From the NCBI GenBank assembly GCA_054661495.1, contig BAAFSQ010000095.1:1-32000 (forward strand): a stretch of 32,000 nt of DNA, written 5' to 3'. Source of the stretch: Zygophlyctis sp. KS116 (lineage: Eukaryota; Fungi; Chytridiomycota). The stretch's first letter is position 1, and the number at the start of each line of letters is the position of its first letter. This document shows, one piece after another, positions 22,543 through 32,000 of this stretch. The translations under genes and the position numbers were made by a program. The notes beneath the pieces are model-generated. The model saw only the letters and a program-made list of their open reading frames with translations. It had not been told where the DNA came from and ran no database searches.

Positions 22543-24157
22543 ATGAAATACGCTTCTACTCGTTCTTGCTCAGGCGATCAACTATCCTTTGAAGAGGCGG
22601 TGATAGAGGGTCTGGCTCCAGATGGGGGGCTTTATGTTCCTGTTGCCTTTCCTCGTTTAAGTGATCAAGAGGTTGAATCTTGGAGAGATTTTTCATTTCA
22701 AGAAATTGCCTTTAGCCTCTTTAGGAAATTCATTGATCAAGAGGAAATATCTGATATTGAATTGAAATTGATTGTTGAAAAGTCTTTTGCTACATTTTCA
22801 AGTCCAAAGGTCACGCCATTGGTCAAATTGTCTGAAAATCTTTGGATTCTTGAATTGTTCCATGGGCCGACATTTGCATTCAAAGATGTTGCTTTACAAG
22901 TTCTAGGAAATTTGTTTGAGTTCTTTTTAATGCGAAAGGAAAATGCCATTCTGAATATTATTGGTGCCACATCAGGTACGTAAAATTACTTAAACCAAGG
23001 TGATACTGGAGGCGCTGCTATATACGGTCTTAGAGGGAAAAAGGGAATACAAGCATTTATTTTACATCCATTGAATCGTATTTCACCGATTCAGGAATTG
23101 CAAATGACAACTGTATTGGATGCTAATGTCCATAACGTGGCGGTGGATGGTACATTTGATGATTGTCAAGAAATTGTCAAAAACTTATTTTCTGACAGAG
23201 ATTTTAAAAAGAAATACTCCCTTGGTGCAGTAAACTCTATTAATTGGGCAAGAATAATGGCGCAAATGTCTTATTATTTCTTTTCTTATTTTGAAATTCA
23301 GAGACTGATGGGGAATAACCCAATGAATTCAGATTTAAAAATTGCGTACAGGTATATTCTTAATATTTTTAATTAATTGTGTGCCGACAGGAAATTTTGG
23401 TGACATTTTAGCTGGTTTTTATGCAAAGGAGTTGGGTCTTCCAATTCATCAGCTTATTATTGCTACAAATGAAAATGACATTCTTTATAGATTTATGCAA
23501 ACTGGAAATTATGAAAAATTGACAAAGGAATCTGGGTTTGAAGATGTTAAACAGACTCTTAGTCCGGCTATGGATATATTGATCAGTTCAAATTTTGAAA
23601 GGTTGCTACATCACTTGTTGACTAAACTTTATGATTCTTTTAAAAAGGCTTCTGAAATTATTATTCAGTATATGATTGATTTGAAAAAGAATGGATGTTT
23701 TACCGTGTCTCCAGAATTACTAAAGTCAGTTAGATCCCATTTTGTGGCAAATCGTTGTACGGATTCTGAAACGCTCGATACGATTCGCCGTTATTATCAT
23801 TTGCTTAATGAAGACTCTCCTGATCAAACAAAGTATGTTTTGGATCCCCACACAGCTGTAGGAGTCATGGCAGCAGAGGCAAACATGAAAAACACCCAAA
23901 AACCCTCTCAGATGATTGTTTTAGGTACTGCATCCCCTGGAAAGTTTCCTAGTGCCGTTATTACTGCAATCAATGATTCACCACCTTCCAAATCAATCTC
24001 TACTGGATTTTCTCCAATTTCTCTAAAGGATTTTGCCCCAGAGCAACTTGTAAATTTGGAAGGTCTTCCAAAGAGATGCATTCAAATACGGACTAATGGG
24101 GATTTTGCAAAATCTATCTCACAAGTACGTGGAGTGATTGAACAGATTTTAAAATAG
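22543..24157 (+). CDS. THR4: Threonine synthase
   Basis: Motifs GLAPDGGLY, ELFHGPTFAFKD (PLP lysine), ATSGDTG, NSINWARI, VPTGNFGD and DPHTAVG. Introns 22976-22999 and 23352-23379 (the latter with an apparent TG acceptor). Confidence 0.93.
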
Positions 24158-24200
24158 TTTAACATTATTTCAATAAATCTAAAAATGTAATCTATATCTA

Positions 24201-25828
24201 TTACAGAACATCCTCCATTTGTACTCCTTCGACTTGCACCGTCCATTCATCATCAAAACTGACATCATTTCTTCGTTTACGGTCTACACGAGGATTCATT
24301 ACCAATGCCGCATTTTTATCTAGTTCTAGCTCAATCGCACCAACTAAAGAATCCGATTGATCTTCTTTCCAATTAACTGCTGGAAATTGTGAGCTGGTTT
24401 TACTAGAGCTAAAATGTGAAATATTTAAACTTACCCATTAGGCAAAGCAACTGATTCAATCATACTAAAAGGCCTTGTTCCGGGAAAATCAGACAAATCA
24501 GGGGAATTTTTTTGATAAGGATAAGAAGGAACAGACTCCTCAAAAGTTGAGAATGAAACATGATTGACTGACCAAAATGGCTGAAATTGATATGATTCTA
24601 TAGAGACCAATGAATGCCACGAATTAAGAGAAGAATTACCAATGTTACTCTTCTTTAAATAAGTTGATAAATCAGAAAAATCTGTTAATCCTTCTCCATT
24701 TTCCAATAAAACGCGCTCTGGATCACCAACAGTTACTTTTTCTACAGAATAAAGACTTCCAGTTATCTCTAAATTATGTAATGTTTGAGAATCATTTGAT
24801 AGAACAGTTATAAACGACAGTCTTGCCCCATCATCCAAAATTTGTAAAGGATAAACAAAATCCGTCCTAAAAGCCAAAAAATCTCGCCTATCTTCATCTA
24901 AGCGCCTCCTAATTCTTGTTTTTGGACTTAATTTTTTCACTTCAAAAGATTGTAAATCAGTCGGATTTAAAAAGTATAAATGACTTGTCCCATGACTTGT
25001 AGATACAGATACCCAAGAATCATCTATTGTCCAAGAAATATCGTAAACTGATGCAGGAGTATATCCTCTTGATAAAACAAAAATTAAATCTGGTTGCTTA
25101 TCCTTTATATTCACCAAATCCCAAATATGAAATGAATTTGATCCAAAAGTACAAGTCAACACTTTTTGACCTGAAGAAGAAAATGAAAATTTCAAAACTT
25201 GTGAATTGTGTGCTCTCCAATGTGCCAAATCGCCATCTTTTTTTAGGTCCTTTATTATTACCCATCCCTGTTCTTTAGATATAATATCATTAGCAACAGC
25301 AGATTCATAAATTTCCTATTTTTTTTAAATATTCTAAATTACATTTAAAACAAAATTTACGACACCTTGAATCCCATCCTTTTTCAAAACCAATGTTGAG
25401 TCAGTAGAGTATCCCACAAATCGTTCAAATAAATCTAAAGCCAACGAGACCTGACTTGTTGCATAATTTACATCTATACTTTTGATCAACTTTACATGTT
25501 TAGAATAAACATCTAGTCTATCCGACACGACTATAACATAATTCCCCGATACTTTAAAGTATTTTAAATGTTTAATGTTGAGTTTAACAGTAATTTCATT
25601 TTCAAAAGCCTGAGATTTCCTCAATTCCAGCCCATCCTCCTTGAAAACAATAAAATAAATCCAAAAATCATTAGAAATCCAAAAATCCAAAATCTTAAAA
25701 TCCAACCTTTTGAGCAGGATGAGCGATTGTTTCTCCTTTAGTCCAATAGAAAATATCTTGAATGTTTGATTGTAATAGACTCCCAAAACATTACCTAAAT
25801 TTACATTGAAGTGACGCTTCAGAGCCAT
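24201..25828 (-). CDS. BCAS3/Atg18-related WD40 beta-propeller protein
   Basis: Motifs AHWRAH...FSSSG...FHIW and LSRGYTPASV...DSWVSVSTSHGTSH. Introns 25316-25342 and 24409-24434. The 5' end is uncertain. Confidence 0.7.
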
Positions 25829-25924
25829 AATCACCTACAATTTGTCCAGCGCCTCGGCCTTTGCATGGAGCCCAACCGTCTACTTTGAACCATTGGCTGG
25901 CTATATATTTCCAAGTGCTACCGG

Positions 25925-26526
25925 ATGGACAGAAAACTAGTCAAAGTTCTCAGACATTCAGCTAGATCACTTGGTCTGGACATGGATTCTCAAGGATTTA
26001 TATTAATACAAGATTTATTAGATCATGATCTATTCAGAGATTTAGATGATCAGAAACTCTTGGAAATTGTAAATTGCGATAAAAAGTCAAGATTACAAGT
26101 TTGTGGAGACAAGATTAGAGCAGCTCAAGGACATTCAATTTCTCTAAATATTTCTTATCCAGAGTATACAAATACTGTACTACCATTGTTTCATGGGACT
26201 TTTAGGAATAAACTTGAAGAGATTACAAGGTCAGGATTGTCAAGAATGAATAGAAATTATATACACTTGACTAATGATCTAAATGCAGTCAGTGGTGTAA
26301 GATCAAACTGTGAAATATTTATATATATCAATATTGAATTATCAATGAATGGTATTTAATTTTGATCTTAATTTTAGATGATATTGTATTCTATCAAAGT
26401 TCAAATGGTGTGATTTTGACTCGAGGGATAGATGGTGTGATTCCAATAAAGTATTTTTTAAAGATTACAACAAGAGAGGGGCAAGAATATGATTTACAAG
26501 ACAAGAGATTTATTGATATTTTATAA
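25925..26526 (+). CDS. TPT1: tRNA 2'-phosphotransferase
   Basis: Motifs VLRH, IRAAQGHS, FHGT, GLSRMNRNYIH and SSNGVILT. Intron 26352-26377. Confidence 0.93.
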
Positions 26527-26695
26527 ATTTTAGAGAAATTTAGATAAAATAACAAGTTTGAGAGATAACAGGCGTGTATTTATTGAGATTTGGTGATACT
26601 AAGAAAATATTTAGCCGACTGAGACCATATTGCAGATTGCGATACCAACAGGACAGTCGTTTCTCACTAGGAGTAATATTCGAAATGTATAAAAA

Positions 26696-26770
26696 TGGTT
26701 TCACTGGGGATCGAACCCAGGGCCTCGAGCGTGTAAAGCTCACGTGATAAACCAACTACACTATGAAACC
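26696..26770 (-). tRNA. tRNA-Val(UAC)
   Basis: Acceptor stem GGTTTCA/TGAAACC, anticodon arm TGAGC-TTTACAC-GCTCG, T arm CTGGG-TTCGATC-CCCAG, followed by a T5 Pol III terminator. Confidence 0.96.
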
Positions 26771-27083
26771 TGATTGTTGTGAATTCTTGCAAAACCCAGT
26801 CGTATATATAAAATATTAATCACGCTTTTTCAGTCTCTGGTTTTTGAAAAGAGACACGCTAACATGAAAGCTAGATCTCATCATGAGCTTTTAAATTCAC
26901 AAGCTTACAATCGAATTCAAAAAATAACAGGAGTGAGCAATCGTTATATTGTATTTGCAAAATTTTCTAATTTGAATAACTAGAAAAAGAAATCCACGCA
27001 TTAGCGTTTGGAATTAGTAAGGAAAGATCTTGCTCTCTGATTAGTGCAACGAGAGTTTGTGCTAATTCCCATCCTATAGATTA

Positions 27084-29184
27084 TTATAAAGTCAAATTAC
27101 GGTCTAAAAGGAATGTTTCTGCAATTGAAACATCATATTCATCAGAACTGAATTTCTTTTGAAGATCTGGATATAGTTCAGTTAATGGTACCAAGATATA
27201 AATAGGATATGGTATTTCGGACATTGGGATATAGCCAAGAGTGCGAACATATGTATATCCCAGAGGAGGTGGATGGATGAGACCGTGGTTTTGATATTCC
27301 GCAGGATGTAATGCAGTAGTAGAGAAATCATTAATGCAGAACTCTTTCTCTTTCATAATATTTTGACAATAAGGTCCCATTCTAGGTTCAGTATCAATGA
27401 TTGGAGTTTGATGAAAATCAGAAAATGTTTCCTGAGAGTCAAAATCATGAAGATCTTGGGTATGTTCTTTAATATCAACAGAAAAGTCTGATTTAGGTGT
27501 AACCTGAATGCCTATATCTGCGCATAGTTCTGGATAGCAATAATACTCTTGATCATAGAAACTTTGAGGAGGTGGTGAATCGCGTAATAGGTTCCATTCG
27601 TATTCAGGCATTGCGCGATCATTAACGGGAGCTGTTCGTATCATATCAGAGAGTGTTGATTCTGGAAGTATAACATTTGATAAATTAAATGCTGAATTAT
27701 TATCCACCAATATATGTGATTGAGGCGTAGGAGATTCACCCTGTTTGATAATCTTTGATGTGATTTTTGGACTATGACGGGGTTTTTTCGGCTTTTCTTT
27801 AATTTTTTTCCTCTTCTGATTAGTAGACTTTTTTCTTGTCACCATTTCTACAGGATTTTTGGTTTGATCGAATTTGAATTCCGGTTGATGCACGAGAGAG
27901 ATTTCAGGATTGCTTCCAAAGCGTAGTTTGTTTTCATGATCAATCTCTTTTAAAGACGATTCCTCGTTATGATTGTGAATCTCTAGGATGTCATCATTAG
28001 TAAGCTGTTTAATTTCTTCATTTTCCATCATCGATACGCAATCTCTGCCATCATCAGCAAGGCAATAATCATGATATTCTTTATCAATAATAGAAGAAAA
28101 CTCCTCTATATATATCTCCTTGGAATGCATTTTATGAGGAACCGCATTTACAGTCTCCTTCTCCTCTAAGAGAGTTTCCTGTGAATCTTTTTGAATAATT
28201 TCTTTTGACCCTATATAATTCTCTTGAGGTTTATCTGTGATAGTTTGTAGTGAATCATTTTCTAATTCAACTTTTATAGGCTCAAAATTCTCCTCCAAGC
28301 ATGTTTCATTTATATCTTTTGCTGAATGCAATAGATTATCATCAGTGAGAATGTCTTTTAATTCTATTGAATCCTCTAGAGATTTTTCAGCAGGAATGTC
28401 CAACACAGCATTTTCCAATACTTCTTTTTGAGATGCAATCAATACTTCTGAGAAAGCTACCCCCGTATGAGTTTCCTCAAATTCTTGTGAAACCATTTTG
28501 TCTGAAAACGTAAAAAACTCCCCTGAGAGAGTTTCCTGAGAGTCTTTTCGACTTATTCCTTTCAATTCATCATCAATCTCTGTATTTTTCCTTTTAATCT
28601 TTGATTTCCTTTGTTTTTTCTTTTTTTTCTTTTCCACTATAGGCACTGACGGCCAAAATTCAGAATTAGAAATCGAATTATAAACATCCACAACTTTAGT
28701 CTCCTTTTCTTTCTCTTGAATTTGATCTAAAAAATCTTTAAAATCTACTTTTTGCAACTCTGGCAACTCTGGAATCTCTGAATCATCAGCCGACCACGCC
28801 CATTTCCTTGAAACTGGTTTATTTTCTTCAAATTTAGAATTTTCTAGAGAAGAATCTCCCATGTTTAGCCTAATTTCTCCAATTGCATCTGACAATGACT
28901 CTGAGTCTGAAATAGACTCAAATACGCTACTTTTTAGCTCCAATTTCTCTCCGCCCGACTCCAACGCCAGTCTAGATTCTAATTTCCCTGAAAGTTCCTT
29001 AAAACTGATCATGTCAGTGTCTGGAACTGAAAGAAATTGATTCAATAACAAATTATCCTCCTTTAGAGCAAACACTGGATGTGAAGTTAAATTTATCTAT
29101 TAGTAAGTATTATAAAAATACAGAAATTTTATAGTCTTTCTCTTGTAATTGAGAATTTATAGAATTTGGCTGCGAGTCAAACAT
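27084..29184 (-). CDS. Large acidic, likely disordered hypothetical protein (~690 aa)
   Basis: 663-codon open frame extended by exon 1 (MFDSQPNS..., ATG at 29184) across a 25-nt intron at 29097-29121. Lys-rich NLS-like tracts; three DSQET motifs. Confidence 0.75.
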
Positions 29185-29397
29185 TTAAACACTTGTCCTG
29201 CACCTACTCATCCTTGTTTCTCTTTAATTTAATACTAAATCTAGTGGACAATTCAAAAAAAATTTATTAGAAAAAACCTTCAGCATATTTTAGCATCATT
29301 GAATTTCTAGAAACTCTAAGTTGCAAATTACCTTAAACATCATCAGATTTTTTTAGTACAATAAATAAAAATCTAGCGTTTAGTAAAAGAAAAAAAT

Positions 29398-29461
29398 GAT
29401 CATCAGTGAATTGTAGTTTAATATTTCTCTGGGATCAAGAATCAATTGTCTTCATTTGATC
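29398..29461 (-). ncRNA. Candidate intronic box C/D snoRNA
   Basis: GAUCA-A-AUGAAGA...CUGA-UGAUC: a 5-bp terminal stem with kink-turn geometry, inside a 100-nt GTAAGT...ACTAAACGCTAG intron (29373-29472). Confidence 0.5.
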
Positions 29462-29544
29462 GCAAAACTTACTTTTTCAAATTTTAAAACCATTCCTGAA
29501 CCTAACATCCACTTAAAAGTAAAGAAACCTGGACCTAGACTGCC

Positions 29545-32000
29545 ATGAAACTCCTCAAGTTCCAAAAGAAGATCTTGAAGGAATGGCTAGATCCAAACGG
29601 CGATAATAAAGGCGATGGTCTCGTGGTTTTAGGTAAGGGAATGGGACTCAATAGTTTAATTTTGGCATTAGCGTCTTTAGGAGCAGGGAGTAAGACGCTT
29701 ATCTTGATGTTGAATACTTGCAGCTCAGAAATCTTGGAATTGAAGCTGAAATTAAGACATGATCAGTTAGAATATGTAACATATGTTTCAGATCTCTCGG
29801 CAAGTGCAAGAATACAATTGTATTCTAAAGGGTAGCGTTTATATTTTTAATTTTAGTGGAATTATTGTAGCACCATCACGGATATTTATTGTGGATTTTC
29901 TAAATGAAAGAATTCCAGTCTCTTTAATTACTGGGATTTTGGTAAATCATGCTCATAGAGTTTCAGAATTTTCATCAGAAGCATTTGTGTTAAGACTATT
30001 TAGATCTAAAAATAATACAGGATGGATAAAGGCAATTTCTGATGAGCCAGAGGCATTAGTGTCTGGGATTTGGAAATTGGAAAAGTCTCTAAAAGTATTA
30101 TATCAAAGGCATGTATCTCTGTGGCCAAGATTTCAAATACAAGTGAAACATGATATTGAAAGTAGGGAACAAGTAGATATGGTGGAATTAAGGATTCCAC
30201 TTTCAAATTTAATGAAAAAAATACAATTGGCTTTATGGGAATGTTTAGAACAGGTTTTTATAAAGAATTTATTTTAATAGATTTTGGCGGAATTAAAAAG
30301 ATCTATTCCTTTCTTGGAAACAGAGGATCTGACTGTTGAAAATGCAATTTTAAAGAATTTTGATTTCTTTTTGAAGCAACAAATGGAGTCAATGTGGCAC
30401 AAGGTCTCAACAAAAACCAAAAATTTATTACAAGATATTAAAGCGATACGTAGACTTTTAAACTATTTGACAGGATATGATTGTATTACGTTTTTATCAT
30501 TTTTGGAAACGTTAATAGCGGCTTCTTCTCCTTCTTCTATATTTAAACCAGAGCCGGCAAGTCAGTGGTTGATGTTGGATGCAGCTCAAGTCGTGGTTTC
30601 TACTGCAAAAAATAGAGTCTTCAAAAAAAGTGGTGAAATATTGGATCCCATTTTGGAACCACAGCCAAAATGGAAAATATTAATGGATGTGTTACGTGAA
30701 ATTCATCAAGAAAAACAAGATTTAAAAGATGGTGCAGTTGATGGTATCCAAAATTATAATAACAGATTTAGGTCCAATTTTGATTATGGTTCAAGAAGAT
30801 AGAACATGTTATCAGATTGCAGAGCTTCTAAGTTCTACAGGATATACTATTGTGCATCATCATCCGCATGGGTCACATCCGAAAATAATAGAGCGACCAG
30901 AGTCAAATAATTCAGAATTTTCTTTTTCAAGTGGCGGTATAGAATCACTATTTAAGAGGACCTTCAAGAATTATCTAAGGTGGAAAGGTGGTTTAATACA
31001 GATAAGACAGTCCACTAATACTTCAAAACCAGACGATCAACGAAATGAGTTGAAAAATGATAACCGAAAAATGAATTCACCTCATGCAGTTAAACGAAGA
31101 AGAATGAGGGGTGGAAGTAACATGAATGACAGGAAGTCAAAGGATTTAGTTTTCGATATCGATGCAGAGGCAGAAGAAATACATGAATTGTAAGCATTGT
31201 CACCTCACTTTTAGATTAAGCCAAAAAGATCTAGCTTTTGACATTGAAAGGGATTTCAACGAGAGAAATATGGATTCGGTAACAGAAGTTGATCCTAATA
31301 GAACAATATACGTTCGGCCATATTCAAATTATTACTCTACAGTTGCTAAATATTCGGTTGACTGTCTTCTTGATGATGGCTATTGCCTAGATGAAATTCA
31401 GCCACGATGGATTATTATGATTGATGCTGATTTAAGCTTTATCAGACGTGTAGAACTGTTTAAAGCAACGCATCCAAAAGTTCCAGTCAAAGTTTACTTT
31501 ATGGTTTACGACAACTCAATCGAGGAAAGAAAGTATCTCACCCAAATACGGAAAGAGAAGGACTCTTTTGAAAAACTGATTAACCAAAAAGGAAATATGG
31601 TGGTTCCAATAAATCAGGATGGTCGTGGTCTGATTCAAGATCCTGACGAAACTTACTGGCACGAGTTTGATACCCGATCTTCAAGGTTCCAGAATATATC
31701 TGCCACTCCAGAGGTTTGTCTATTTATTTAATGTCCAGATTATTGTTGACATTCGCGAATTTAGATCGTCCTTGCCATCATTAATTCACGCACGAAAAAT
31801 ATTGATCAGACCTTTTACTCTCGAAGTGTAACGATAGTAGATTTTTATAAATTATAGTGGTGATTATATTCTGTCTAGATCTATGTGTGTAGAAAGAAAG
31901 TCTATTAATGATCTTGTGGGATCACTCAAGTCAGGGAGACTTTATAATCAAACTGAAGCCATGTGCATTCATTATGCAGTTCCCATCCTTTTAATTGAAT
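29545..32000 (+). CDS. RAD1: XPF/ERCC4 (Rad1/Rad16) structure-specific endonuclease, 3'-truncated by the window
   Basis: Motifs [41 protein letters not shown] and GDYIL...VERKS. Introns 29832-29856, 30254-30280, 30744-30771, 31190-31214, 31714-31738 and 31828-31857. Confidence 0.93.

Noticed and set aside
26540-26755. 71-aa ORF on the minus strand
   Set aside because: It overlaps tRNA-Val and has no protein-like features.
25925-26770. Functional link between TPT1 and the adjacent tRNA
   Set aside because: This tRNA-Val has no intron, so it is not a Tpt1 substrate.
768-30206. Many 60-145 aa antisense or alternate-frame ORFs (e.g. 1081-1281, 7698-8018, 9602-9970, 18687-19124)
   Set aside because: They are shadows of well-supported genes and carry no recognisable motifs.
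59-32000. Fragmented ORFs read as pseudogenes, programmed frameshifts or an alternative genetic code
   Set aside because: Every break except THR4 intron 2 is explained by a short GT-AG intron that restores conserved motifs.
16968-32000. DNA-repair gene cluster (KIN28, RAD17, XPF)
   Set aside because: The genes are interspersed with unrelated housekeeping genes; compatible with chance at this gene density.

Overview
AT-rich, extremely gene-dense eukaryotic nuclear DNA, standard genetic code. A zoosporic fungus (chytrid-like) is my inference, from the fungal-type housekeeping genes plus a flagellar AKAP14-like gene. About 23 protein genes are interrupted by roughly 48 tiny GT-AG introns (23-33 nt, placed by hand), which is why the ORF track looks fragmented. 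Gene order: CCT3; a uracil-catabolism cluster (URC1/urg1, MFSD5-like transporter, bacterial-type UPRTase, URC4/urg3); DPH3; a slicer-type Argonaute; an SGNH/PC-esterase protein; a hypothetical; mitochondrial citrate carrier; iso-orotate decarboxylase; AKAP14-like; SEH1; dynactin p27; MRPL6; CDK7/KIN28; ankyrin/AT-hook protein; RAD17; THR4; BCAS3-like WD40; TPT1; tRNA-Val(UAC); an acidic orphan; and XPF/RAD1 (runs off the window). Most notable: (1) the pyrimidine cluster with an unexpected transporter and a nearby iso-orotate decarboxylase; (2) a candidate C/D snoRNA inside the only ~100-nt intron; (3) an apparent GT-TG intron in THR4; (4) overlapping or abutting genes. All calls come from motif recognition by eye; no searches were run.
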